DNA of 64,000 bases, taken from the NCBI GenBank assembly GCA_965238225.1, contig OZ250183.1, positions 64,001-128,000 of the forward strand. The letters are read 5' to 3'. This document shows, piece after piece, positions 41,580 through 52,481 of this stretch (position 1 is the stretch's first letter; each line of letters opens with the position of its first letter). The stretch is from Gammaproteobacteria bacterium. Its GTDB lineage: Bacteria > Pseudomonadota > Gammaproteobacteria > Eutrophobiales > Eutrophobiaceae. The notes beneath the pieces were generated by a model that worked only from the letters and a program-made list of their open reading frames with translations, ran no database searches and was not told the origin of the DNA. The translations under genes were made by a program, and so were the position numbers.

Positions 41580-42671
41580 TCACTTAGACAAATATTTTGT
41601 TTCAACTTGTTCTTTGTAAGCACTGCGCTCTATCGCCTCACCATTAACCGACCTGTCCAAGCTAGAGACCCATAACAACACGTCCTCGGATAAAGTATCT
41701 ACTGATTTTTGGTGTTTCGAAGTGGCAAATAGTTTTTGTATTATTTGTGCTCCCTGAGTGATTTTTTGAGCAATTTTTTCCGGAAAAACGAAACCTGTAA
41801 TCATAACAAAGCATATCAAGAAAGCCATGGATACCATGGCTGATGTCAAAAATATTCTGCGTTTGATAAATTCGCTATCGCGTGCAGCAATATGCACATG
41901 TTTTGATGTTACCTTGTGCGTATTTGAAGCATAAGCAGCAAGCAAGGCTTTGTCCGCCAAAATATTGATTCGTCTTAACAAACCTTTTGAATATTTTGAA
42001 ATGGCACGCACTGCAGAGAGAGAGAAAACATCTCCTGATCGATATCCACAGGCTCGCATCCGAGAATTCAAATAATCCTTAACCTCATCACCCTTAAAGG
42101 GCGCTAACTGAAAACTATAGGTAATTCTTTCCTTTAACTGCCTAATGTCCTTTGTCGCTATCTTCTCATCAAGCTCAGGCTGCCCAAATAGCACAATTTG
42201 CAACAATTTATTTTGCGTAGTCTCCAGATTACTAAGCAATCGAATCTCCTCAAGCGTGGCAATAGGCATACTCTGAGCTTCTTCAACAAACACAACAATT
42301 TGTCGGTTATTAGCATGTCTTTCAAGCAAATAATTTTGCAATTCATTCATCACCTTCAAACGATTATCTGTTTCAGTGACAGCAAGCTTTAACTCAAAGG
42401 CAATGACATGCAGTATGTTGTCAGGAGACAAACTAGGATTAGCGAGATAAACAATTTCGATATTTTCAGGCAACTCAATTTCCAACATCCTGCAAAGCAT
42501 GGTTTTCCCAGTGCCAACTTCTCCTACGACCTTGACGATACCTTCACCTTCTACGATGCTATAGATAAGCGCATCAAGTACAGCACCACGGTTTCCTTGA
42601 GGAAAAAACAGATTAGTATCCGGCGTAATTTTAAAAGGTGGTTGCTTTAGTCCGAAGTATTTGTAGTACAT
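41580..42671 (-). CDS. ExeA/MshM-family AAA ATPase
   Basis: MYYKYFGLKQPPFKITP, GEVGTGKT, VEEAQ, LEEIRLLSN, LFGQPEL, GLLRRINILADKAL. Confidence 0.92.
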   Translation of the reverse strand: MYYKYFGLKQPPFKITPDTNLFFPQGNRGAVLDALIYSIVEGEGIVKVVGEVGTGKTMLCRMLEIELPENIEIVYLANPSLSPDNILHVIAFELKLAVTETDNRLKVMNELQNYLLERHANNRQIVVFVEEAQSMPIATLEEIRLLSNLETTQNKLLQIVLFGQPELDEKIATKDIRQLKERITYSFQLAPFKGDEVKDYLNSRMRACGYRSGDVFSLSAVRAISKYSKGLLRRINILADKALLAAYASNTHKVTSKHVHIAARDSEFIKRRIFLTSAMVSMAFLICFVMITGFVFPEKIAQKITQGAQIIQKLFATSKHQKSVDTLSEDVLLWVSSLDRSVNGEAIERSAYKEQVETKYLSK

Positions 42672-42674
42672 ACC

Positions 42675-44186
42675 TTATGTCACCCCCACATCAATACCTA
42701 GACGCTGTATCCTGCTATGGAGTGTTGTGCGATTTATCCCAAGTAATCGCGCAGCCTTGCTCAAATTGCCACCGCTCAACCGCATCGCCCCTACAATATA
42801 TTTCTTCTCACGTTCACTCAATACAGTATCCAGCTGGAAAGAATTGTCTGATAATGCCTGTTTAATTCGCATGCGCTCATCATCTGCAGCATCACCAGAT
42901 GGAATCAAAATATTTGTTTCTAATTCGGCTTGTAACTCATCAACGCTGATTTTTTTACTAGGATATTTGGCTCCTAATCGAATAACAATATTACGCAGTT
43001 CTCTAACATTCCCCGGAAATGAATATTCCATAAGTAACTTCTCAGCATCTACAGTCAAGGAGAATAAAGCTGCGCCAACTGAATAGATATCACGAAAATG
43101 ATTGAATAATAGTAAACAATCATTTTCTCTTTCGCTTAAAGATGGCACGCGTATTGTCAGAATACTGATCCGATGATATAAATCCTTCCGAAATTCTCCA
43201 GCTACCATCGCCTGTTTTAGATCTTTATTGGTCGCAGCAATAATTCTTGCTTTGGAAACCCGTAGGCTGGTCTCTCCCAGTCGATAATATTCGCCATTCT
43301 CCAACACTCTTAAAAGTTTTGATTGAAGATTAAGCGGTAACTCACCAATCTCATCCAAAAATAAACTGCCTTCTTCAGCATCTTCAAAAAATCCTGCTCG
43401 GCTTGTAGTGGCACCTGTGAAAGCGCCTTTTGCATGACCAAACAACTGTGTTTCCAGTAATTCAGCAGTAAATGTCGCGCAATTAATAGTTAAAAAAGGC
43501 GCTTCAGATCGCGCACTTTTATAATGAGTATATTGTGCAACGAGTTCCTTGCCACTGCCTGACGCACCTTCTATAAGCACTGGGAAAGGCGTATCAGAAA
43601 ATTGATCGATCAACTGACGTAGCGTGGTTATCGCAGGGCTTTCACCAAGCAGACTACTGTCACTTTGACTCTGCTCATCTTCAGTTAATTCTGCTTCAAT
43701 CATCAGCATTTGATGATTCAGTCTTGTCCGTAATAATTTTACATCACAAGGCTTGGGCACAAAGTCAACCGCCCCAAGTGTCAGTGCATGCTGAATATTG
43801 GTCTTTTTATTTTGGCCGGAGAGTACAAGAATTTTTATGTTGTAATTAAAAGCCAATAATTCATCAATTAAAGCAAAGCCTTCGTCAGGCAAATGTTGCT
43901 GAGGAGATAATCCTAGATCGACCAAGGCCAGAGAAGGGACTTTATCCATTTTTTGCAAAAGTAATTTTGCTTGCGCACGACTTTTAGCAACAGTGACTTG
44001 AAAATCTTCCTCAAGCACAAGCGCCAAAGACTCAACAATCAGCGGATCATCATCAACAAGAAGTAAGGCGGGTCTATCCCTTTTAACCCGATCTAATTGA
44101 TCAATGTTTGTTTTCGCCAAAATATTTCCTTCCAAGATGTTTCCCTTTACAAAAATCAAAAAAATTTTAACATACAAGCCTGCCAC
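42675..44186 (-). CDS. Sigma-54-dependent response regulator (REC-AAA-Fis HTH; PrsR-like)
   Basis: LLVDDD, VDLGLSP..EGF, GASGSGKE, GAFTGA, LFLDEIGE, FPGNVREL, AARLLGINRTTL; the true start may be near 44120. Confidence 0.93.
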   Translation of the reverse strand: MAGLYVKIFLIFVKGNILEGNILAKTNIDQLDRVKRDRPALLLVDDDPLIVESLALVLEEDFQVTVAKSRAQAKLLLQKMDKVPSLALVDLGLSPQQHLPDEGFALIDELLAFNYNIKILVLSGQNKKTNIQHALTLGAVDFVPKPCDVKLLRTRLNHQMLMIEAELTEDEQSQSDSSLLGESPAITTLRQLIDQFSDTPFPVLIEGASGSGKELVAQYTHYKSARSEAPFLTINCATFTAELLETQLFGHAKGAFTGATTSRAGFFEDAEEGSLFLDEIGELPLNLQSKLLRVLENGEYYRLGETSLRVSKARIIAATNKDLKQAMVAGEFRKDLYHRISILTIRVPSLSERENDCLLLFNHFRDIYSVGAALFSLTVDAEKLLMEYSFPGNVRELRNIVIRLGAKYPSKKISVDELQAELETNILIPSGDAADDERMRIKQALSDNSFQLDTVLSEREKKYIVGAMRLSGGNLSKAARLLGINRTTLHSRIQRLGIDVGVT

Positions 44187-44224
44187 CTTTTAGGTAGGCC
44201 AATGTCCAACACTATTAATGACTA

Positions 44225-45091
44225 TTAACGATCTATATCGCTAATATTCAGATTGTTCCAAATAGCTTCTGATGCAGCAAAATGATTCATAGTATAAAAA
44301 TGAAGACCAGGTGCACCGCCTGCCAACAGATTTCCACAAAGTTCTGTCGTTACATCTATACCAAACTCACGTATGGCAGGCCTATCATCACCAAATGCCT
44401 GAAGACGCTTCAATATCCAGCGCGGTATCTCAGCACCACAGTTTTCTGAGAAACGTGCGAGCTGGAAGCAATTAATGATCGGCATGACCCCGGCCACAAT
44501 AGGAATATCGATGCCTAATTTTTCACAGCTATCAACAAAGCGGAAATAAGCATCTGGATTATAAAAATACTGTGTCACTGCGCTATTTGCACCAGCATCA
44601 ATCTTACGCTTAAAATTATCTAGATCAGCATTAGCTGTTGGTGCCTGTGGATGAAATTCTGGATAGGCCGCTACTTCTATATGAAAATAATCTCCAGTTT
44701 CCTTGCGAATAAATTCGACCAGTTCATTGGCATAACGCAGCTGGCCAGAACTTCCGGCAGAACCTGACGGCATATCCCCTCTAAGGGTTATAAGCTTATT
44801 AATACCGGCCAAACGATAAGATTTCAGTACTTCAAGAATCTTATCCGTGTTTACCCCTATACAAGATATATGTGGCACTGCCTCGATGTTTGTTTTTTCG
44901 ATAATGTTTTTAATCGTTTTAAATGTTGAATCACGCGTACTACCGCCTGCACCAAATGTCACTGAGAAATAATCAGGATTTAATTTAGCCAAGCGCTCAA
45001 AGGTTGTTTCTAGTTTAACAACGGCCTCAGGTATCCTCGCAGGAAAAAATTCAAAACTAAAGTTTTTTGTAAATTTTTTCTGTGATTCCAT
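44225..45091 (-). CDS. metF: 5,10-methylenetetrahydrofolate reductase
   Basis: SFEFFP, SVTFGAGGS, LRGD, AAYPEFHP, TQYFY, GLHFYTMN. Confidence 0.97.
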   Translation of the reverse strand: MESQKKFTKNFSFEFFPARIPEAVVKLETTFERLAKLNPDYFSVTFGAGGSTRDSTFKTIKNIIEKTNIEAVPHISCIGVNTDKILEVLKSYRLAGINKLITLRGDMPSGSAGSSGQLRYANELVEFIRKETGDYFHIEVAAYPEFHPQAPTANADLDNFKRKIDAGANSAVTQYFYNPDAYFRFVDSCEKLGIDIPIVAGVMPIINCFQLARFSENCGAEIPRWILKRLQAFGDDRPAIREFGIDVTTELCGNLLAGGAPGLHFYTMNHFAASEAIWNNLNISDIDR

Positions 45092-45093
45092 AA

Positions 45094-46509
45094 TTAATAA
45101 CGGTAATACTCTGGTTTATAAGGGCCTACTACTGGTACATTAATATAATCAGCTTGTTTTTGCGTTAACTGAGTTAGTTTCGCGCCAACACGATCAAGAT
45201 GTAAATTGGCAACTTTCTCATCAAGATGTTTTGGTAGCACATAAACCTCTTTTCTATATTCATCGTTCTTGGCAAACAATTCTATCTGCGCCAGTACCTG
45301 ATTGGTAAAAGAATTAGACATCACAAAACTTGGATGACCTGTTGCACATCCTAAGTTTACCAAGCGACCTTTGGCCAATAAAATAATACGTTTGCCATCA
45401 GGGAAAATGACATGATCAACCTGTGGCTTAATTTCTACCCATTCATAATTTTCAAGACTGGCCACTTCAATCTCATTATCAAAATGACCAATATTACAAA
45501 CGATGGCTTCATTCTTCATCTTAACCATATGAGCATGTTGAATCACGCCAAAATTGCCTGTTGCAGTAACAAAAATATCAACCTCATTGCATACCTCATC
45601 CATACGCACCACACGATAACCTTCCATAGATGCCTGCAATGCGCATATCGGGTCGACTTCTGTAACCCATACAGTCGCACCCAAACCACGAAGCGACTGT
45701 GCACAACCTTTACCAACATCACCATAACCTAACACCAGTGCAACCTTCCCAGCAATCATGACATCGGTTGCGCGCTTGATGCCGTCAACCAAAGATTCAC
45801 GACAACCATATAAATTATCAAACTTGGATTTAGTCACAGAATCATTGACGTTGATGGCAGGAAAAGGCAGCTCGCCTTCTTTAAGCATCTGATATAAACG
45901 CTGAACGCCCGTAGTAGTTTCTTCTGTCACTCCTTGAATGTTTGCCAGAGTACGTGAATAAAATTCACTGTCCTCATCGAGCTTCTTCTTGATAGCCGCA
46001 AACATCACTGTTTCTTCTTCGGAGCTAGGATTATCCAATACGCTAAGGTCGCTTTGCGCCTTGGCACCTAGGATCAATAACATAGTCGCATCACCACCAT
46101 CATCCAAAATCATGTTTGGTGTTCCACCATCACCCCATAGCATCATACGATGTGTGTAATCCCAATACTCTTCTAGGGTTTCACCTTTAACTGCAAAGAC
46201 TGGAATTTTTTGGGAAGCAATGGCTGCTGCTGCGTGATCTTGTGTTGAGAAGATATTACATGAAACCCAGCGCACCTGTGCGCCCAGCGCGACAAGTGTT
46301 TCGATCAGCACAGCGGTTTGAATAGTCATATGCAAAGACCCGGCAATACGCGCACCTTTTAAAGGTTGCGTGCTGGCAAATTCTTTACGAATCAAGACCA
46401 AACCCGGCATCTCGGTTTCAGCAATACGAATTTCTTTATGGCCCCAGTCGGCTAAAGATAGATCAGCAACAAAATAATCAGAAAATACGTCGGAAGTAGT
46501 CGCGCTCAT
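45094..46509 (-). CDS. ahcY: Adenosylhomocysteinase
   Basis: [58 protein letters not shown]; ATG at 46509 after a GGAGG RBS. Confidence 0.98.
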   Translation of the reverse strand: MSATTSDVFSDYFVADLSLADWGHKEIRIAETEMPGLVLIRKEFASTQPLKGARIAGSLHMTIQTAVLIETLVALGAQVRWVSCNIFSTQDHAAAAIASQKIPVFAVKGETLEEYWDYTHRMMLWGDGGTPNMILDDGGDATMLLILGAKAQSDLSVLDNPSSEEETVMFAAIKKKLDEDSEFYSRTLANIQGVTEETTTGVQRLYQMLKEGELPFPAINVNDSVTKSKFDNLYGCRESLVDGIKRATDVMIAGKVALVLGYGDVGKGCAQSLRGLGATVWVTEVDPICALQASMEGYRVVRMDEVCNEVDIFVTATGNFGVIQHAHMVKMKNEAIVCNIGHFDNEIEVASLENYEWVEIKPQVDHVIFPDGKRIILLAKGRLVNLGCATGHPSFVMSNSFTNQVLAQIELFAKNDEYRKEVYVLPKHLDEKVANLHLDRVGAKLTQLTQKQADYINVPVVGPYKPEYYRY

Positions 46510-46529
46510 CTGGTTTTCCTCCAAATTAA

Positions 46530-46601
46530 GCGAGCACCGTTTGGAAATGCTATCTCCCAAGCCTAGCGAATCAGTATTCGTCGCAGTGCTCCTTAGAAGA
46601 T
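46530..46601 (-). ncRNA. SAH riboswitch
   Basis: Minus strand TCTAAGGAGCACTGCGAC-GAAT..ATTC-GCTAGGCTTGGGA..CAAACGGTGCTCGC. It matches the recalled SAH consensus (GAGGAGCGCUGC..GCCAGGCUC..AACGGCGCUC). GAGCACTG/CGGTGCTC form the pseudoknot. It sits directly upstream of ahcY-metF. Confidence 0.88.
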
Positions 46602-46654
46602 AGTTCTTATATTAATCCTTAAAGAATTTAGGAATTCTTAAGGAAAGCGGCAAG

Positions 46655-46682
46655 ATTGTAGCGCTATAGACTGAGGAATCAA
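46655..46682 (-). promoter_or_regulatory. Candidate sigma-70 promoter for ahcY
   Basis: TTGATT-16 nt-TACAAT about 50 bp upstream of the riboswitch. Confidence 0.4.
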
Positions 46683-47168
46683 GTTGTTTGATGGTCTTAG
46701 CTGTCAAAAAACTAGCTTAATCAGCATTAAATGCCAATTACCAACATTATAGAGTAGTAAATTAGATATTTACCTACTACTACTTCTGCTAAATTTATAT
46801 GTATTGGTATTTATAGATGAAAATTCTAAATAAACTCCCTAGCCTTGACAGCCTTTTCAAAGAAATAACCAACAAGTCTCCAGATGGCGTGATGGCGGTA
46901 CTTTCATCTGGTGTACGATTCTGATGATGATAAAGGAAAATACTACCCAATATACTTTTAAATGCATATGGATCGCACTAAAGAACATCGCTCATTAGAA
47001 ATCACACATCTGTAAGGGTATGCTGAGAGGCACACGATTTCAAGGGCGACCACTCTTCGCACCTTTTCGTTCGTTCGTGTAAATAAGGTACGCGCCGCTA
47101 AAAGGCGGAATCAAAACTTAAATAAAGAATATTAGCGCCTCAGTTTGGCGAACAAATAAATAGAACGA

Positions 47169-48326
47169 TTAGCCTAGATCTACCTTCAAAACCTCAGCTT
47201 TATCCACCTGCTCCCAAGGTAATTCCACATCCGTACGCCCAAAATGCCCATAGGCTGCCGTTGGCCTGTAAATTGGTCGCAATAGATCTAACATGCTGAT
47301 AATGCCCTTAGGTCTTAGATCAAAATGTTCTCTAACAGCAGCAACTAATTTAGATTCGACAACAACCCCCGTTCCAAAAGTCTCAACACTGATTGAAGTC
47401 GGCCAAGCCACGCCGATTGCATAAGATATCTGCACTTCACATTTCGAAGCCAGACCCGCAGCAACAATATTCTTGGCCACATAACGTGCAGCATAGGCTG
47501 CTGAACGATCTACCTTGGAAGGGTCTTTGCCAGAGAAAGCACCACCACCATGGCGTGCCATGCCCCCATAGGTATCGACGATAATCTTACGTCCAGTTAA
47601 GCCACAGTCCCCAACAGGGCCGCCAACAACAAAACGCCCGGTAGGATTAATATGGTACAAAGTTTTCTCGTGCAACCATTCTTCAGGCAGCACAGGCTTA
47701 ATGATTTCTTCCATTACAGCTTCGCGCAAAGCTTCTATGCTAATGTCATCAGTATGCTGCGTGGATAACACCACAGCATCAATTGCAATGGGCTGGCTAT
47801 CTTCGTAACGGAATGTTATTTGACTCTTGGCATCAGGTCGTAACCAGCTTAATTTGCTATTTTTCCTGACCTCAGCCTGCTTACGCACTAGGCGGTGAGC
47901 ATAATCAATCGGAGCAGGCATCAACGTATCAGTTTCATTACAGGCAAACCCAAACATCAAACCTTGATCGCCTGCACCTTGTTCTTTTCCATCACTTTCA
48001 TCAACACCCATGGCGATATCATAAGACTGCTCATCTAGCACAACACTGACATCACAACTGTTGGCATCAAACCCGATATCCACACCAACATAACCAATCT
48101 CACTGATGGTTTGTCGAACGATTGATTCAATATCGATATCTGCCGCAGTCGTCACTTCACCGGCGATCACTACCAAACCTGTGGTTACAAGAGTTTCACA
48201 GGCAATCCTTGACTTGGGATCTTGTGCAATCATTGCATCAACAATTGCATCTGAAATCTGATCAGAAATTTTGTCTGGATGACCTTCTGAGACAGATTCT
48301 GAGGTAAATAAATAATCTTTTGCCAT
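47169..48326 (-). CDS. metK: S-adenosylmethionine synthase
   Basis: [36 protein letters not shown]. Confidence 0.98.
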   Translation of the reverse strand: MAKDYLFTSESVSEGHPDKISDQISDAIVDAMIAQDPKSRIACETLVTTGLVVIAGEVTTAADIDIESIVRQTISEIGYVGVDIGFDANSCDVSVVLDEQSYDIAMGVDESDGKEQGAGDQGLMFGFACNETDTLMPAPIDYAHRLVRKQAEVRKNSKLSWLRPDAKSQITFRYEDSQPIAIDAVVLSTQHTDDISIEALREAVMEEIIKPVLPEEWLHEKTLYHINPTGRFVVGGPVGDCGLTGRKIIVDTYGGMARHGGGAFSGKDPSKVDRSAAYAARYVAKNIVAAGLASKCEVQISYAIGVAWPTSISVETFGTGVVVESKLVAAVREHFDLRPKGIISMLDLLRPIYRPTAAYGHFGRTDVELPWEQVDKAEVLKVDLG

Positions 48327-48510
48327 GTAACTTATGTGCTTAAAAAAATTAATTGTTTATTTTTAGATTTAACGCTGTGAAATTAAAAGTAGCGAATTAA
48401 GTTTACCTCATACCAATCCACTTGACGATGTTGCCTGCTTTAGGATGTTATACTAAGCATATAAATAGTAATACCCAAAGATACAATTACAATGAGAGGT
48501 GCTAATTGAC

Positions 48511-49068
48511 ATGGTACTAACAAAAACATCCGTATGTGACTTCGGCAAAGCTGCGATTGATTTTAGTCTAACAGGTACTGATAACAAACTCTGGGCACTT
48601 GCAAACTGTCGTGGTGAAAATGGTACCTTGGTGATGTTCATCTGCAATCATTGTCCCTATGTCAAAGCCATTCAGGAGCGCTTGATACGTGATACAAAAG
48701 AACTTATGAATTTCGGCATCTCGAGCGTTGCTATCATGTCTAACGATACTGATGACTACCCTGAGGATTCTTTTGAAAACATGCAGAAAATAGCTGCACA
48801 CTTCGGCTATCCGTTTCCATACCTGCTGGATAACGACCAAGACGTTGCCAAAGCCTACGGTGCCGTCTGTACCCCGGATTTTTTTGGTTATAACTCAGAC
48901 TTAAAACTACAATATCGCGGTCGTTTGGATACCAGCCGAACTGAAGCTGCCGCAGCTGACGCACCTCGTGAATTATTTGAAGCCATGAAACTAATTTCTG
49001 CCACAGGCAAAGGACCGAAGGATCAGAACACAGGACTGGGTTGTTCTATTAAATGGAAGACCCAATAA
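48511..49068 (+). CDS. Thioredoxin-fold (AhpC/TSA-like) protein
   Basis: FICNHCPYV, YPEDSFENM, GAVCTPDFF, YRGRLD, GCSIKW. Confidence 0.92.
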   Translation: MVLTKTSVCDFGKAAIDFSLTGTDNKLWALANCRGENGTLVMFICNHCPYVKAIQERLIRDTKELMNFGISSVAIMSNDTDDYPEDSFENMQKIAAHFGYPFPYLLDNDQDVAKAYGAVCTPDFFGYNSDLKLQYRGRLDTSRTEAAAADAPRELFEAMKLISATGKGPKDQNTGLGCSIKWKTQ

Positions 49069-49186
49069 ATGGAATACTTGGGAAAAATAAACTTAAGGGA
49101 ATGAGCATCTTGGCAAATGATCTATATCTCACTACACTGAAATTCAGGATAAACCCTCTGAAAAGCACCAAACTTACCCCATTCTC

Positions 49187-49215
49187 TTGCCCGAAAACCA
49201 TACCTGAGAGATAAT
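49187..49215 (+). promoter_or_regulatory. Candidate sigma-70 promoter for the tkt operon
   Basis: TTGCCC-17 nt-GATAAT. Confidence 0.35.
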
Positions 49216-49362
49216 ATGCGGCTTGAGAAAACTTCTTCCAAGTATGTGCAGTTGCAATTAGAAAAAATAATCAGGCATGATTCATCTTGGAAAAGCCTCA
49301 CAAAATAACCGTAGCAGCGAAAAATAACACTCTAAAATCAGTCACAACTCTCAGGAGATTTT

Positions 49363-51363
49363 ATGCCTTCAAGGCGTGAACTTGCCAACGCTATCCGTGC
49401 ATTGAGTATGGACGCGGTACAAAAAGCGAATTCCGGTCATCCGGGCGCGCCTATGGGTATGGCAGATATGGCTGAAGTGTTATGGAATGATTTTATTCAA
49501 CATAACCCAACGAACCCATACTGGCTCAACCGAGATCGGTTTGTCATGTCTAATGGTCACGGCTCAATGCTTTTGTATTCCCTGCTGCACCTAAGCGGCT
49601 ACGATCTCTCGATCGAGGATCTCAAACAATTTCGTCAACTACATTCAAAGACACCAGGGCATCCAGAATATGGCTGCACCCCAGGAATCGAAACAACCAC
49701 CGGCCCGCTAGGTCAGGGCGTTGCCAATGCTGTTGGCATGGCCATTGCAGAACGTGCACTGGCAGCCGAATTTAATCATGATGAACTGGATATCGTTAAT
49801 CACTATACCTATTTCAGTGTTGGGGACGGTTGCTTAATGGAGGGTATCTCGCACGAAGCCTGTTCATTAGCCGGCACTTTACAGCTCGGTAAGCTCATCG
49901 GCTTTTATGATAGTAATGGCATTTCCATTGATGGGGATATTAAAGGCTGGTTCACAGACGACACAGCAACACGCTTTGAGGCTTATGGCTGGCATGTGAT
50001 TCATGATGTCGATGGTCATGATGCGGATCAAATCACTGCCGCACTAAACGAAGCCCAAAAAGAAACTAACAAGCCGACACTAATTGGCTGTAACACAATA
50101 ATTGGCTGGGGCGCACCAAATAAGCAAGGCAAAGAAGTAAGCCATGGTGCGCCATTAGGTGATGATGAAATAGCTTTAACAAAAACAGCTCTAGATTGGA
50201 AGCATAATGCCTTTGTTATTCCAGATGAATATTACAAAGCATGGGATGCCAAAAAGCGTGGTGCACAACTAGAGGCGCGGTGGAATAAAAAATTCAGCCG
50301 TTATCAGGAAAAATATCCAAGCCAAGCGGCAGAGTTTAAACGCCGCAACGAAGGCAGGCTCCCTGATAACTGGGCAAAGGCTTGTGCTGCTTATATCAAG
50401 GATATTGATAGCGCCGGAGAAGCCATGGCTTCTCGACAGGCCTCGCAAAAGGCACTCAATACTTACGCTGCCCTATTGCCTGAATTGATTGGTGGCTCTG
50501 CAGATCTGGCGGGTTCTAATTTGACGCTATGGTCAGGCTCCAAAGAAATCAACGGAAAATCAGGGGCAGGAAATTATATTTATTACGGCGTACGTGAATT
50601 TGCTATGTGCGCAATTAATAGTGGCCTCGCACTGCATGGCGGCTTCATCCCTTATGGCGCAACCTTTTTGGTCTTCTCAGATTATGCACGTAATGCATTG
50701 CGCATGGCCGCGCTTATGCAACAACGATCTATTTTTATCTTCACCCATGACTCCATTGGCTTAGGTGAAGATGGCCCAACACACCAAGCTGTTGAACAGG
50801 CAGCAACCCTGCGTTTAATACCGAATATGACCGTATGGCGTCCTTGTGATGCTGTTGAATCGGCAGTGGCTTGGCAAATGGCGATCGAGAAAACCACTGG
50901 CCCATCTGCATTACTTTTTTCTCGCCAGAAGCTCGCGCATATGTCTCGTTCATCTAAACAAATTGAAAATATCAAAAGAGGAGCTTATGTATTATTGGAT
51001 TGCCAAGGCGAGCCTGAGGTCATCATCATAGCGACAGGCTCTGAGGTTGAGCTGGCTATCAATACTGCAAACAAACTCAATGCGAATGGGCAAAAGATTC
51101 GAGTTGTTTCTATGCCAGCCACAGACCTATTTGATGCTCAGGAGCAATCTTATCGTGACTCAGTTTTACCCCCTTTTTGCCGTAAACGTATTGCAGTGGA
51201 AGCGGGTGTTACAGATTACTGGCGTAAATATGTGGGTTTGGATGGCGCGGTATCAGGCATTGATAGTTTCGGTGAGTCTGCGCCAGCAAATGATGTTTTT
51301 GAATACTTTAACTTTAACACAAAGCAATTAGAAACAATGGTCAAAGACCTCACTGGCAAGTAA
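49363..51363 (+). CDS. tkt: Transketolase
   Basis: [44 protein letters not shown]. Confidence 0.98.
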   Translation: MPSRRELANAIRALSMDAVQKANSGHPGAPMGMADMAEVLWNDFIQHNPTNPYWLNRDRFVMSNGHGSMLLYSLLHLSGYDLSIEDLKQFRQLHSKTPGHPEYGCTPGIETTTGPLGQGVANAVGMAIAERALAAEFNHDELDIVNHYTYFSVGDGCLMEGISHEACSLAGTLQLGKLIGFYDSNGISIDGDIKGWFTDDTATRFEAYGWHVIHDVDGHDADQITAALNEAQKETNKPTLIGCNTIIGWGAPNKQGKEVSHGAPLGDDEIALTKTALDWKHNAFVIPDEYYKAWDAKKRGAQLEARWNKKFSRYQEKYPSQAAEFKRRNEGRLPDNWAKACAAYIKDIDSAGEAMASRQASQKALNTYAALLPELIGGSADLAGSNLTLWSGSKEINGKSGAGNYIYYGVREFAMCAINSGLALHGGFIPYGATFLVFSDYARNALRMAALMQQRSIFIFTHDSIGLGEDGPTHQAVEQAATLRLIPNMTVWRPCDAVESAVAWQMAIEKTTGPSALLFSRQKLAHMSRSSKQIENIKRGAYVLLDCQGEPEVIIIATGSEVELAINTANKLNANGQKIRVVSMPATDLFDAQEQSYRDSVLPPFCRKRIAVEAGVTDYWRKYVGLDGAVSGIDSFGESAPANDVFEYFNFNTKQLETMVKDLTGK

Positions 51364-51437
51364 CGGCTGCCGCTGACGTATGTAATTATTATTCAAGCAA
51401 TTAACAAAAACCAATTAACAGAAACGGAGAATGAAAA

Positions 51438-52451
51438 ATGGCAATTAAAGTTGGTATCAACGGTTATGGGCGTATTGGGCGAAATATCCTGCGTGCCGTG
51501 TATGAATCCGGGCGTACAGATGAAATCCAGATCGTAGCGATTAATGATCTTGGCGATACCAACACCAACGCGCATTTGACCCAATATGATACGGCTCATG
51601 GAAAATTCCCAGGTGAAATCTCTATTGATGGTGACCACATGATAGTTAACGGCGATAAAATCAGAGTGTTATCAGAACGCGATCCAGCCAAACTATCATG
51701 GACTGAACTCGACGTTGATGTGGTATATGAATCAACAGGATTCTTTGCAAATAAGGAAAAGGCCAGTGCTCACCTCACTTCTGGCGCAAAAAAAGTCATT
51801 ATCTCGGCACCTGGCGGCAATGATGTCGATGCAACAATTGTTTATGGCGTGAACCACGGCACTTTAAAGGCATCAGATACCGTTATTTCCAATGCCTCTT
51901 GCACAACTAACTGTCTCGCACCGGTGGCTAAAGTATTACATGAAAATATTGGTATTGAACAAGGCATCATGACAACCATTCATGCCTACACTAATGATCA
52001 AGTGCTAACCGATGTCTATCACAAGGATCTACGTCGGGCACGTTCGGCCACCATGTCCATGATCCCGACAACCACGGGGGCTGCCGCAGCTGTTGGTCTG
52101 GTGTTACCTGAGCTCAATGGTAAGCTGGACGGCTACTCCATGCGCATACCAGTCATCAATGTTTCAGTGGTTGACCTGTCTTTCTCTGCAACAAGGCAAA
52201 CCACGGTTGAAGAAATTAATTCCTTAATGAAAACGGCAGCTTGCGGCGAGATGAAAGGAGTGTTGGCTTATAATGATAAGCCTCTGGTATCCATTGATTT
52301 CAATCATAACCCAGCGTCATCTATCTATGATGCAACACAGACCAGAATCATGGAGGGTAAGCTGGTAAAAATCATTGCTTGGTATGATAACGAGTGGGGG
52401 TTTTCAAACCGCATGCTGGATACCACTATTGCATTAATGAACGCCAACTAA
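51438..52451 (+). CDS. gap: Glyceraldehyde-3-phosphate dehydrogenase
   Basis: [27 protein letters not shown]. Confidence 0.98.
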   Translation: MAIKVGINGYGRIGRNILRAVYESGRTDEIQIVAINDLGDTNTNAHLTQYDTAHGKFPGEISIDGDHMIVNGDKIRVLSERDPAKLSWTELDVDVVYESTGFFANKEKASAHLTSGAKKVIISAPGGNDVDATIVYGVNHGTLKASDTVISNASCTTNCLAPVAKVLHENIGIEQGIMTTIHAYTNDQVLTDVYHKDLRRARSATMSMIPTTTGAAAAVGLVLPELNGKLDGYSMRIPVINVSVVDLSFSATRQTTVEEINSLMKTAACGEMKGVLAYNDKPLVSIDFNHNPASSIYDATQTRIMEGKLVKIIAWYDNEWGFSNRMLDTTIALMNAN

Positions 52452-52481
52452 ATGATAATAAATATTGTAAGCGCCTAAGTT

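Noticed and set aside
44225-48326. Functional link between the SAM-cycle genes and pilin N-methylation
   Set aside because: metK-ahcY-metF next to tkt is a common arrangement, so adjacency alone is not evidence
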